A stretch of DNA of 64,000 nt from Pavona decussata (Eukaryota). Each line of letters opens with the position of its first letter. Position 1 is the stretch's first letter. This document shows positions 48,050-61,736 of the stretch, in pieces. The stretch spans positions 496,001 to 560,000 of the forward strand of contig CDRNST010000369.1 in the NCBI GenBank assembly GCA_977016875.1, written 5' to 3'. The notes under the pieces were generated by a model. That model worked only from the letters and a program-made list of their open reading frames with translations, was not told the origin of the DNA and made no database searches. The translations under genes were made by a program, and so were the position numbers.

Positions 48050-49690
48050 ATATTGACCTAGCAGCCTCATGTCCCAGGAAAATGGTACTGAAACAATGTT
48101 GGTCATGCCCAATTTTTTTTCTCAAGACCTTCTAGTTACAGCAAATTTTCGGAGAGTAAAAGTTTGAGAATCTCAATTTTTGTTTTCTCACCATCAGTTA
48201 ACACTTCGAACCGAATACCAATCTTTTGTTCCTGAATTTGAGGTGTTGCCTGAAGCTATTTTGTGTGATATCGTTCTTTGCTAATTAAAAGGGAAGCTTT
48301 TCATCAATGGTAACCACAAGAAGCCTAAAGCAAGGAACATTTTTATTTCTGGGGGTGTTGGCGGCATCACAGTTTGAGGATGTCTGTTTTCAACCCACTT
48401 ACTAAATTATTGCGTCAACCTAGATATTGACCTTTCGCTGAGGCATCAATCAAGACGAATTTGAATGGCGCCATATAGTGTGACTGGTAGGGCAAATTCT
48501 CGTCAGTTTGGCATTTTTCATTTCATATCCAAAAGTGGATCTGTCAAAAAAAAATATTCCTGGCTAGTTTCAAAAGCTTTCTATTGCAAAAGTACCTTAT
48601 TTCCCTTCTATATTAAGATCCCCAATATGCAATTATTGTGTCTGAGAACAAATAGTATTGCTTCCTCTATTAAAGCATAGAACATCCTTATTTTTACTTG
48701 TACGACATCGCAATACACTCGAACAAGTGCGCTGGACCTACTATAGCAAACCCTTTTTCCTGTAAGGCACCACTTCAGTGTTCTTGTTTTGAAAGAATTT
48801 TAATCATCTGGAATGCGTTTCCAAATTATTTCCTCCATGCAGTTTTGCAAGCACAAAAGAAGGAAAAAGAAAATTATTGTGCTCTTAAATGGAACGGGGT
48901 AAAATTAGAATACTAACAGCAAATTACCAATATCAACTGTGCTGATCAAGAAAAGTAAACATTCCTATAATCGAGACAGTCAATAGTAAGTTTCACTCTA
49001 GGCGAATTGATAAATGGAAAAATGGTGAAGATTGAGTGAACCAGTGAACTTGTTGTATAGTTTTTTTGCATAATGATGACAAAGAAAACAACTGCTTGTT
49101 TCTAGTTTATGCTCCAATAATCCACCACCTACCTCTTCGGTAAACAAGGCTGGTGTGCCTGTCGACAACATCCTATCTGCAGCTGGTTGGTCCAGCATTA
49201 AAACGTTTGCGACTTCTTTTAACAAGCAAATTTTGGAAGGTGGACAGCTTGGACAGGCTGTGATAGAATGTTGCAATTAGGCTTTTTGCTGCCTAGTTTC
49301 TTGAAAGGGGTTCAGTGGTCTAGCCTGTGGTTCTCTTTTTCACTGCTTTGTATTATACCCAAACACAGGGCTTGAAACTCTCACGTGACTTCCTTGTGAC
49401 AGAGCATGACAAGGAGGTAGAATTGTACAATTAAACAAGACTTACCTGTAAGTTGAAAGGTCATGGAGATTCTACTGATCACTTGTCATGCGGGAACAAG
49501 GTGGTCACATCCTACCCTGCATGTTGTAGAAATGCTGATAGTTTACAAGCATCACCTCTCCCAAATGTTTTGTGTTTGGGCGATCGTAACACTGAATCAT
49601 CATGGATGTGTATCACCTTGCCCCCGCATGACAAGTCAGTAGAATCTCCATCAAACTTTAACTTACAAGTCTCGTTTAATTATACAGTTT
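48050..49690 (+). mobile_element. DIRS1-like retroelement remnant (recombinase C-terminus and terminal inverted structure)
   Basis: TSSVNKAGVPVDNILSAAGWSSIKTFATSFNKQI at about 49131-49232. Inverted repeat 49426-49513 against 49604-49685. The left boundary is uncertain. Confidence 0.65.
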
Positions 49691-51413
49691 TGATCTGAAA
49701 TAAGGTCAGAACTGGGGGGCAAATCCCCACCAAAAATTCAATAATAAGGATCATGCCTGACCTGTAGGAGACTGATGGCAGTAGCACAAAAATTGATAGC
49801 GGGAAGAGGGATTGAAAGAAACGGATTTGGACAACTCCCGCTATATAGCAAGCTCGTAGCACATGTGGTGCCCCCTTTTCATGTCCACAATTGTGAGGAA
49901 GTTGCTCAAAAGTGAACGTTGTTCGTCTTAAAAAATCAACAGGGGGGGGGGGGGGGGCATGTTAACTTTTGATGGCAGTATTTCATCCTTTGCCTTGTGA
50001 TGAATAAAAGAAAAATCAAGCATTTCGTTTTATGTAACAAAAAACAAATAAAGAAATAAATACTTTCTTCTCAACAGAAAGCCACAACCTTATTTCTGAC
50101 TTCTTCCTGACCGACGTGACGAGAAACAAATAGGATAAATCTGCTGGGAGAATGGATTTATGGCTACAACTAAAGCTGAAATAAGGTGAGTTTAGATGGT
50201 GAAAATCCAGTTTAGACTTACGCTCCCTATAGATCGATGCCTTTCAACTTTTTGTCCGCAAATTAATGAGCACTCATCTGTCAAGGGTATATGAACTCAA
50301 TTACCCTTGCACGTGGACGCTAGTCTTAACGTGCCCATGCCACTCTTAATTTGTTTTTTCTTAACGAATGTTTGAGTATTCATTTTGTTTTAATTTAGGT
50401 CTTAATCCAGGGGCGGTGCCTCGCATGGGACGTTCTTCCCGTTGCACCTGCCCCGTTTGGGTCTTGCTACTTTCTTTTTAATTTATATTATATATTGTAA
50501 GAGGATCACCCAATAAAGACAACAGCCGCCCGCCTCGAGTCGCCATATGTTTTAGTGAAGCAAATCAGCTAAAACTAGGTTCAGATACAAATTTGAACGA
50601 TCCAACTTACCACCCTAAGAGTGGTTTGTCATTACCACTTATCTTATTAAAAAAAAAACACTTTATATAATTCAGTATAGATCTTCCATTTGAAGTAATT
50701 TTGTTCAAAGTATTTGTCAAAGAAAAAATTGAGGCTTCAACACAACAACGTTTAATGCATGATCGCTAGACTAGTTTAGTACAGTTCCCAACGTTGGGGC
50801 CCCTTGGTGTAAAAGCACTCTTACACTGTGTCAGTTAAACTTTCTTAAAAAAAGGTATCTGTTAAAATAATTACGTACTAAGTATTTCGGAAAGGACTTT
50901 ACCGTATAAATCTAACAACAAATGCATTGCACTTAAATGGTTACACTCTTTAAAAATGGCAAATAACATATCTTACATCATCGATTGGTGTTATAATCAG
51001 TACTACGCTGTAAACTCGTAAGCGGTCATGATTCTTCTGAACCTCTCAAATTCATTGGTCCTTTACATTGTATATACCTTATCTCTATGGCTAGGGGAAT
51101 GATTATTGTTTACCTCAAACTGATCGGACTTGCCTTGTTCTGAGAGATAGGAAGTGGATGACGCCTATGTCATAAGTGAAATTGTTGACTGTAGAATGTA
51201 AACTTAAACATGCCTATCCCAATGGAGTCGTTATTGATGGCTACTTACACGAGTGCTGAACAATAAATTTAAGCAAACTCTTAATTATAGGAAGGGAAGG
51301 TCTTATCTTCAAAGCAAGTTCGTTCATTATGGCGACTGAGAGTTCCACAGTGGAAAATAATATATCAAAGAATATACAACGTGAAAAAGAAAAACAATTG
51401 TTTCTTCTCGTGT

Positions 51414-54400
51414 TCAGGTTGGACACACCCAGTAGTGAATGGAGCAATACATGTTAATCACTCCAGTCGCAAGGGTATCTTTGCAACTGCATTTGTAGGT
51501 TCTCTTGCCATCTGAGGCAGCGATGCTTGTCAACGTAACAACCTTTGCATCATTTGTTCCACAGTTAACGCCAAGGAATTTCTTGCCCTTCGAGACAAAA
51601 CAGTTAAATGCGTATTATAAGAGATTCAGAGCAAAAGTAATAGAGTAATACCAGTCTTATGTATACACAGTGGGGGCCAAGCGGCTTAGATTCTACACTT
51701 CAAATAATCAACAGGTATTTTCGCGTTCAATTTTTTTCTCTGGCATTGATGCTTTGTAGCGTAACAGCTTTTGACCCAGTTGTCGTAGGTAACATGAACA
51801 CAACAGTGCAGCTGACGGAATCAACAAAATTTCTATTTTCATTCTATAGACGTTGAGGAGACAGGCGGTCCAACTTTCAATCGCCAGGTTTGGTCTTTTT
51901 TTGGTAGCTATACGATAGCTGTGTCCTTGGAATTGATCCATAGAACACTGTACGTTTAAAGGGAGACTGAACCAGCTAAAGAACGAACTACCCACTAATA
52001 GCTGGAGAACTTAAAAAGTGGAAATATATTCCTTAATAGTAATTTTTTTTCACTTGGGAGTTTTTACTTATGCGATCAGCATTAAGTCTTCTTTTTTCAC
52101 ACTAACGTATTAGCGTTACTATTATTTTGGGACCTACATTTGGTTCAGTTGCTGTGACTTGTGTCGAAGCATTTTGACTTGGAACATTTTTAGCGCTTTT
52201 GTCTTCGTGGTAAGAACACAGTGATAGCCCACCAGAGCTAGAATCCGACCCAGGAGCGCCCTGAGTACCATTGTATCCAGGAGGCCCCGTTGGTCCTGCA
52301 ACGCCAGGGGGTCGCTGTGTACTATTATATGCAGAAAATCCAAGTCCGGGTGGGCTTGCGACACCAGGAGGTCCCCTGGGGCCTTGAATCTTGCTAATGT
52401 TGTTGACCTTAAATATGATGGTAGTTAATGTTGTAAGGTTTGTTTAACCTACTTCTTGCTAGATCTACTTGTTGACGTCTTCAAATGAAGAGAAATTGAG
52501 CGTATAAGTAGCAAACGATGAAATGTACGAGCTACAATTTAACTAGCAGGTGAACGATTGGCGCTCAGTGCTTCTATAGTTTTAACTTTTGTAAAAAAAC
52601 TCGAGGAATGACGGTTTTAAAGGCTGCGACTTATGTCAAGTTTTATTTGTAGTTAATTTTCCTCATTCTTTTTAGTTTATAATATTTTCATTCTTCTACG
52701 TACAAAACTTTTCAAATGTTTTCGAGCAGTAATTTCTTCTACTGAGCCCCTATATCATTGTAGTCAAGTATATTTTGTAAAAGGTCGATTTCCCGATTAT
52801 TTTTGGGAGGAAACCCCTCAACAATATCTTGCTGTTTTATGACACACCGTTTTTGTCGAGGTAGTAAGCTATTGCATTTAGCACGCCTAGGATCGTTTAA
52901 ATACTATCTACTAGGTTGGTTGGCAATATTTTGCAATAAAGACAGACTGGCTCGTCGACGTCGCATACAACATTAAGGTGTTTCGATCTACTTTTGGAGT
53001 CGAGGAACCACATCTCACTTTTCCAAACGGCTGTTAAGCATTCAGTCAATCATTGAGCCAATGCGAAATTTGCACCAGTTATTAGCCTTTAATTGAAGTT
53101 TTCCAAGATCGCCGATCTGCGATGACGACGATAAACAGAAAGCCTCGAAATTACTAAATCCCCGTCTTGTCCAAGCCAACGATCAAGGAGGCACCTAAAC
53201 AAGCAACCAAACCGACCAGCCAATCAATCAATCAATAAAGAAACCAACCAAGAGATTAACAAACTAATTCTATACTTGTTAAAGTGCACCTAACCCCAAA
53301 ATGTTTTTTTCGCTTAAATAAATCTTTGCACCTGTTCGAAACGCATTGAGCCTTTTTGCGCCTTTTTTCGACCAAATCTTGACTTTTTATAGGCTGTAAA
53401 AGTTACGAAATCTAGCCATCATCTGTCTCATGACCGAGCTAGTAAGGGGCATGGGTCTATTCCTTACATGACGTCACAAACTGCTTTGCATGCATTTTCA
53501 CAAAAACTTAATACAATGCAAATCAGTTTGTGACGTCAAGTAAGGAATAGACCCATGCCCCTTACTAGCTCGGTCATGGGACAGATGATGGCTAGATTTC
53601 GTAACTTTTACAGCCTATAAAAAGTCAAGATTTGGTTAAAAAAGGCGCCAAATAGCGCGATTTGTTTCGAACAGGTGCAAAGATTTATTTAATAGAAAAA
53701 AAAACATTTTGGGGTTAGGTGCACTTTAAGTAAACTTACTCTGGTTTGCAAATGTTCATATTTGTTTTTCAGTTCCTCTAGCTCTTCTTTAAGTTGCTGA
53801 AAATTCAGGACAAAAAAAATTGAAATAATGTACATTCGTCAGTGTGCAACAACTTCCACTGCCTACAGATGACTTACTGAACCAGTCTTACTTCTATTTG
53901 CACCAAAACAGTCAGATCACAACTCGATTTGCTCTCGCATGGAGGCGGACTATCTCTTTCTGTGTAAAAATAATCCTCTCTCTTATTTCTGTCCTAAATC
54001 ACATCACTGAAATGTCTGAAGACCATTTAGTGCAGATGTATACGCTTTTGATCGTATACACGATGGCTGATTAATATGTCAGTCAGTGTGTTCAGATGTG
54101 GTACTATACTGGTTTGGGGGTGGCTAGAATTGTCCGGCTTTTAAATCCTTTGTTAGTGTAGTCATAAAATTCATGTTAGTAGTAAATTGCAGTTGTTACT
54201 GAATAACATAAACCAATTCGGTCAAGTGGACTGGGACAATATCTTTGGCGGGAAGGAATTGAATGAAACAACTTTGTCCTTACCGAATTTTCTTTAAGAG
54301 ATTTCACGTTTTTCTCAAGCTCTTGTACATTTTTTGAAAGTTCCGCGTAAGCAGCACTGTTGAGCGTTGAACTACCACGTTCTACAAAGAAATGATAAAA

Positions 54401-55192
54401 CTTTTCACAAGAGGCACTTCAAAAGCATTCGTTATAATGCTCATGCATAGGTTTTTAAAGTATAGTGTCTTTAAATGTTTTGAACCCAGAAGTATAAGTA
54501 TCAGAATGCAACATGAGCAGACCTGGACACAATCTCAGGCTCTTTAGCAAGCAGTTGGTCGCCAGGAGAGACTCTGGTGAATTCGAAAGAGAGTCTCTCT
54601 TGGTGACAAACCGCTGGCTAAATAGCCTAAGGACTCTGGGTATAAGATCGACCTGGACAGGGCTGTAGTCAGCGTGTTGGCAGACTGATTCTCGAAAGCT
54701 TGGTCCTATTGCTTGGGCATTTGTGGGAAACGTGAGTTTAGAAATGTGTTAGTTATGGATTTCCCGTCACAAACGGCACGCATGGTGATTACTGATCAGA
54801 GGACAGATTCACGAAGTGCTCCAGAGTTAGTTAAGATGTATCTTAAGTATTATTTCTTGACAAAAGCCTATTGTTGCACTAGGAACAAACTATTCAACTC
54901 CGTAAGAAGAGAGACCGTGGGAACGAGATTACGGACTATTGTTCAGAAAATCTTGCGCCAGTTTCGTGTTGAAAATAACTGATGCAACTGCGTCCCCCAG
55001 GGTCTTTTCGGCGGTAAAATCAAAGATTATCAAAGATATTCACCGCGGTCAAAACGTCAAAAAAAAAAAAAATAGAAAAAGTAGAAGATCTTTATTTTGA
55101 CAGCTCAAAGTTGATAAGCTTTTTGTGAGTCTGAGTTTACTAAGTCATAATTTAATAAGATTGTAAAAGATGTTCACTGCAGACCAAACGTT

Positions 55193-55235
<43 letters not shown>

Positions 55236-58200
55236 AAACAGAAAAGGTAAGTTAAAGATATAACATTTTTACTTTGACAGTTTAAAGCTGATAAGTTTTT
55301 TGTGAGTCTGAGTTTACTAAGTCATGATTTAATAAAAAAAAGTTACAGAAACCATTATGTGAATCGGTTTTCTGGATGTCACGCATTCAAACAAACACGG
55401 ACACACATCGGGCCAGTTATTGAAACAAAGTCTAACTTAGGCCGTGGCTTGAGACAATCAGTGGTCCTCCAAACCTGTTTATAAGCGTTTTATTTTAAGT
55501 AGATATATAGTTTTCTAGTCTGGGATGCAAGCCTTCTTGCTACCGTCAGCACCAATGTTTAAATGTGTTTGGTGGTAAAATTGAAAACGGCTTAGAGCGT
55601 GGTTTTGTTAAACACCGTCTAAACTATCTTTTAATAACTGACCCATCACCGTTTGAAACTTTTTTAGTGAACCATGAAATGACTTTAGTAAACTCACACA
55701 CTCAAAAAAAAAAAAAAAAAATAGGACCTCCACAGACATAGCCTCCCACGCTGTCGTTTTTAGGGGACTCGCAGGAGGGTAATAGGAGTCCCCTAAAAAC
55801 GACTGAGTGGGAGGCTACCACAGACGAGGCAAATTGTTATCGACGACTTTTTTCACTCAACAACTTAATTGAATCGACAGCTATTATTGGTGTTGGGAAA
55901 TGCGTTTCCACACGAAAAGTTTAGATTTCGATAACCTGTGTGTTTTTTGAGGGAGACTGGAAAGTTGCTTGCAATGCAAATGTGTGCATCGTGCAGAACA
56001 TAAAGGTTTAAAAATCGTTTTTATGTCGTTGCAAAAGTAAACGTTAGTCACAGACGGGAGAAAGTGAGTTGTCCTTTTAAAAAGGAAAACTAATTTGTTT
56101 TCGACATTATTGTTTACCGTTTGCCGTTTACGGCAAACGGCAAAGGTGAGATTCGCGTTTATGTTTTCTTGAAAATATGAGTACGTAGATGAAAGTAGTA
56201 CGAGATAATTCTGGCCTTTAACGCAAAAACACTCAATTTTTCTGAGAAATTGAAAACAGCGAGCGGCAAATGAAGGATAAACATGGTCACGTGGTCATTT
56301 CTGCCGTTTGCCGTTTGCCGTAAACGTGATGCTTAATCTCTCTAATCGAGTTGCCTTGTCTGTGGAGGCTCTTAGCTGCTTTGAGCTCTCAAACAAAAAC
56401 GGTATCTTCAAGGGATTTTTCTGGTTTTTTAAAGTTTGACCGCGGTTTCGACGCGGTGTCAACTGCATGGTTTTACATCAACGAACAGAACCGTAAACTA
56501 ACTGTTCGACTTCTGCATTCGTACGGCCCACTACTAATTCGTGATCCAGATAACACCAAGTGAGTGTAACCTTTCTGGTGCGGACGGTGAGACCCAGGGC
56601 AGATAATTAAGGAAATACGAAATCCAGGTTTTGATATGTATCAGGACGCACTGTAATCATCTGACTTTCTTAACAGTGAAAGCAAAGTTTACACTTCAGC
56701 TGGCGGATCGACGCTGTTCATTACAGCAAAAATATCATGGTTTAATTGAACGATCAGGTGAGTCAGCAGATAATTAAACGTCATCAATTCACGATAAACA
56801 TTCTTGACCTCAAACTACCGCTGACCGGGTGGTCGAAAAATCAGTCCAGCAGGCCCTTAATAAAATCAACAGTCCTTTCTGAGGCCTGCAGTCATCTGGA
56901 TGATCTTACTTTACAGGTAAAAATAACTGACCCGATTGATCTTTTGCCCTGGAGCAATTGCTGTCCTTATAGTATCGCGTCTGTTATAGTATGACGGCGG
57001 TTAACAATAAGGCATGAATAGTTGTAGAACTTTTTAAAACCACACGGTACTAAATGTATATAGCATCAAGCTAATTTTAGTCGGCAACATAAAGCCAGGG
57101 AACAAAATTATCTTCTTTCTTGTTTACCAACTGGTTCCCTGTGCTTGGCCAACAGAACCATAAACACATGATTTATCGTTTGTTGTCAAGTTTAAAAATT
57201 GGTTATTGATTACATTGGAAATCAGAGAAGGGACGCGAGATAGAAATGTAACCTTTGCTTTTGTGCTAGCCTGCGAATACAGCCGCCTCTCATCGCTCCC
57301 GGCCCGCCCATCGGGGCCGGGAGCGATGAGAGGCGGCTGTATTCGCAGGCTACTTTTGTGCAAACTAAATGTGTTTCACACGCGCGCTAATAACCAGCTT
57401 ATGATAATAAGGAAGTGACACTTGGAGACGAATTACACATCTTCAGTTTTGATACCACCATCCAATGACCAGACTTTAAGCTTCGCGGTATCCCTAATGC
57501 TGCAATCAACTGCGTTTGGGCCCCGCGGATCATCGGCGGTCCAGTGTGGAGTCTTTTGCGGTTGGGGTCAAAAGCCTGCCTAAATAAAGCTGGTAGAATG
57601 GAACAATAGTATTTAACTATAGTTTTACTTCATTCAGTTTTCATCTACCGCGACTCTTTCATGGATAAGATTTAACTTATGCAACATTGATAACAGTTCA
57701 CCTGGCTAACCTTCTATATGTGAAAACTGAAATCGTGACAAAGCTTACCATGAACGGAGGCACAATGTATCGTTTGAAGCAGGTGGAGTATTACGAAACA
57801 TCACCATTACAGCTAAGACCAAACCGGCATGGATACCATTTAACTTCAAGTATGCAGCCTTGACAACAGTCCATTTAGCTAACCTTATATTAACTGAATA
57901 TGTGGAAACGAAATTATTCATTAAGCTTACCATGAACGGCAGCACAACCATTCGAAGCAGGTAGAGTGTTACGCAACATCACCATTACAGCTATGACCAA
58001 ACCGGCAGCAGCAGTCAGGAAGGAAAGTCCGACAAAAGTAGTTATAATGCAAAACAGTCGCTGGAATAACGCCTTATCGGATCGGTTGTAGGAAGACTCT
58101 GGTTCTGTTGATACTTGGCTGTTCACCTCAGCTGCAAGGGCTACGTTTTTATAAGCGACAACGCCATAAGCTTCCCCGTTGGGAACTGCTTTCGATTCCA

Positions 58201-58381
58201 TCTTGAAATAGAGATTTTCTTCTTCAGCTACTATTTTATCAATTATTGAAATGGATGATCCGGTATTCGCTCTCTGGTTTTGACGGATTGAATTTAAAAG
58301 ATTGCCAGACTGGCTAAAGAAAGTAAAAGTACTGCAAGGTTTATATATATAATTATGTACAGAAAAAAAAAACGTTTTCAT
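51414..58381 (-). CDS. Gene D: type II transmembrane collagen-like paralogue with degenerate collagen stalk (start uncertain: ATG 58381 or 58201)
   Basis: Exon 1 ends at 57931 (..AVHG|gtaag), then 54381-54284 (..YAELSKNVQELEKNVKSLKENS), 53796-53740 (QLKEELEELKNKYEHLQTR), 52407-52138 ([59 protein letters not shown]), 51587-51414 ([23 protein letters not shown]). The frame is open throughout. Confidence 0.85.
53283..53725. mobile_element. Near-perfect palindromic MITE with TTAA TSD (Kolobok-like) in gene D intron 3
   Basis: ttaa-AGTGCACCTAACCCCAAAATG...CATTTTGGGGTTAGGTGCACT-ttaa. Arms are about 210 bp around a short spacer. Confidence 0.85.
55090..55335. repeat. About 68-bp direct repeat pair flanking a (CAA)n microsatellite
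   Basis: tttgacag..gataag..tgtgagtctgagtttactaagtcat occurs twice. (CAA)n at 55194-55235. Confidence 0.85.
55739..55817. mobile_element. Short hairpin MITE, TAG..CTA termini, about 9-bp TSD
   Basis: ccacagaca-TAGCCTCCCAC...GTGGGAGGCTA-ccacagacg. Confidence 0.7.
57267..57352. mobile_element. Short hairpin MITE with TAG..CTA termini and 9-bp TSD (Academ-like)
   Basis: cttttgtgc-TAGCCTGCGAATACAGCCGCCTCTC...GAGAGGCGGCTGTATTCGCAGGCTA-cttttgtgc. Confidence 0.8.
57700..57830 (-). pseudogene. Tandem partial duplicate of gene D exon 1 3' end with donor site
   Basis: AGLVLAVMVMFRNTPPASN followed by a +4 nt frameshift, then catg|gtaagc. Parallels 57880-58008. Confidence 0.75.
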
Positions 58382-61300
58382 ATGGTGTTATTTGATGACA
58401 TCTTATGCTATTGTTTGCTGTTGTTGTTTTTTTTTTACCGTTTCAAATCATCAGAAAATTTTCATACTCCAAACTATATTAAAGTCTCGAAAGTAACTTG
58501 ACCTCGTTTCTTTTCGGCGGAGTTACCGGGTTTTATCCGTAGTTTCTTTTGAGCGTCGTATGTTTGAGACATTCCCATCCTTCGGGTAGCAAAGACCGTC
58601 TATCACATCATCATTTCTCGACACCTTTTGTCTAGTGTTTTTATTTTGTTAGCTTGGCTTACAATTTTGTGATGAAGAAACGGGACAAGATTTTTGGATG
58701 ATTCACCATGTTAGCTGTGGTCACATGATCGACCACGCCCTAATTTATGCACATTATTCACGACTCGGATTACAACCTGGTAATCAACGTCAAAACTACT
58801 ATTCTTTGTTTCAAATCTTCAAATTGCAGAAGATTACCGTTATTTTATCTAATTGGTTTAATTTAAATAGTATTTTTTCTCTCGCCCAAGCAGTCTAGCA
58901 CATGGGTGCTTATTTCTTCCTACCGTAATTGTGTGTTGGCATATTGCTGCAATGGAGGAACCGCAGGGAATTCGAAGGAGAGACTTGGGTGATACCCTGT
59001 AATCTGTGCAGATTTGGGACAGAACATTTCCAGCAGCTGTGTCAAGCCCTTTCAGCTTTCGTTTCTCTGCCTTTCACCTATTATTCTTCACCCTTCTCCT
59101 CTTTTTTTTTTTATTTCGGGCGCGCTTACTCCAGCAAGCCCGCCAACAAATATCTGTAATATATGAGCTAATCACAGGTTTGAAACTTCTTACTGTCCAG
59201 TTATGACTCCATCTTCCATACTTTCATGGTGGCGTTTCTGCTCCTGGGTCCACCTTTTACAAGTGAACACACGTTGTCATCAAAGAGCATCTGCATGCAA
59301 GCTTTAAGCTTCTGATCTCTACGTTGATTCTGACTCTGAAAGGGCCTGTAACCCCTCTCATTAACGAACATAGACTCTGAGAGGAGGGGGAGAAGGCCCG
59401 AGGCAGAGGAAGGGGTATGGGGGTGTGCGTGATTATGAATTTCTGTTAATATTTATTGTTTCGCCTCCATCCCTCCATCAAAGAGAACTGACCAGTCTCT
59501 AGTCCTTAGTTCCACTTTTTATACCGTAGTAAAACAGTGAACTAAACCTCCGTGAAAATTACTTTGAATGCATGGACTCAACTGCATGGACCCAAAATCA
59601 ACCGCAAGACCTAAAGGACGTCACGGGAGAGTTATTGTTAAAAAAAAAAACAAAAACATCGAAATTTTGCCTTCAAATAGTCAACGTTTTCCTCTCATAC
59701 AAAACTGTTAATATGTTGGCTATTACGCAACGGTTCCCGTGACGCTAAAAACACTTGACATAGCGCATGCATGGCCAACACAAACGCTCGTAGAACTTGG
59801 TCAAGCTGTTGTCAGGACGCTCAAGGACTTGTGAAAAGGGGTCAACAGGTATACGGTTCTTTTGCATGTTTTCGGAAAGCGGTGAGAAGGTTTCTAATTG
59901 ACCAATTTTCACGAATCTTCAATTGAAAACGTGCATCACAAAATTAACAGACATTTCAGAATTACCAACAAGAAATAAAAACCACACGAGGATAGTTGTT
60001 ATTGGTCAGCGCACTGACTGGGTATCATACCGACAAGTTGCCTTGCGCTTCTTCTGTTTTAAGTCTGGCGAAATTATTTGGTAAACGAGATGGCAGTGAT
60101 CGAATAATAATCACCAGATGAGCTGTCGGCAAAAGTTAAAAAGCAAATGGGTTTATTTTTAGTTTACCATTCTCCTCCTAATTGAGCTTAATTGTACCGA
60201 ACCGATTGAAGTTAATTTAGTGTCCAACACTGATTGGCTTGGCGAGTCGTTGGTGGCTGTTGTATGGGACAAAAATGTCACGAGGGAACCGAGATGTGCT
60301 CTTTTTGTAGACGGAATGTGGGAAAGTATGAAAATGAAATCTGCAATGACCTGCGCGATGAAAAACATCAGATATCACGATCTGCGACGGTCAACGACCA
60401 CCTCACTTTATTTTAATAATCATACATTGTATAAAAAAGTGTTACCGGTCTGTAACGGGAGTGAACAAACTATTTAGATATGGTTCTGAACACGGGTGCA
60501 GATTTTACAAATAGCCGTTTTGGTGTGAAATTGGGTTTACGAAAGTTTGGGAGCGTATTGTTAAACAAATTTCTCTCTGTTGTACTCGAAACGAAAGAAA
60601 GAGAAAATTAAGGAAAAGGGAAACCAAACAACTAATTTGACGTGGTGAAATATGCATTATGGAGATCAGATTGCAAAAAGGTATTGTAAAATGTAATATT
60701 TGCCCCCCACCAAAATTCCGAGGAACTATCCGTGTTTCCTGGTCTTGTTTTACGCCGCTAACATTAGGTGCAGTGAATGATTCATGAGAAGAACAATACT
60801 TAAACCAGAAGAAAAAATTCATTTAATGAAGCTTTCTTTATAGGTTGAGACGTGACATCTATTCTTGGATCTTTCTTGGGGGCTATCATTAATGCGAGGC
60901 TACGGAATCATATTGCACAGGCCTGACCAACTGACCTTTTTCATACTTCGAAAATATTCTCATCCTATCAGCTCAAGGAACTTATTTAAATTACCTACTT
61001 ACTCTCTTACTTTGACTCTGAATGGTAAGCAACAGCGATACTCACATGAAATAATTCCGTGACAAACATGAACAAATTAGGTACTCTGCAATGTGCCTAT
61101 TTTAAAAGAGAAATGGCGGACACCTGCAAGCATTGCCATAAAATTTAATCGAGGGTTTTGCTCTTTTATTTTCATCTAATGATTTTCATTATACTAACAA
61201 TATTATCTTACTTTAAAACGAAGTTTAGGTCATATAACAACCAGATAATCGTGCAATCGTCAATTTCGATGCAATTTACTCTTTACTCTAGTGTTAATTA

Positions 61301-61736
61301 GTTCTTGCACTATCCATGGTATCACAGACTATTGACAGACAGTGAAAAAACTAATAAAAGTAATATAAATTCGCGGTTTACAAAGTTTATAGCGCTTATG
61401 CCCATCGCTGTCCAGTAACGCTCTAAATGAACCTACAAACTCTATTACTCTATAACCACTGGCTTAATTGATACAAGTACTTCTACATTAATAGCTAGGC
61501 TCTCTGAAGTCCTTTACATCGTCCGTATTAAACTATCTATCCTTTTAGAGCTTACTGGTGACTTACGACTAGAAGCAAGTTAATCTGGAATGAGATAATA
61601 CATTAATAGCTAGGCTATCTGTAGTCTTTTACGTTGTCCGCTTTCTGGTGATTTACGACTAGAAGCAAGTTAATCTGGAATAAGAAATTGAGACGTCTTT
61701 GTCTATCTTGCAAGTTAAGACAAATCTTTCTCGACT

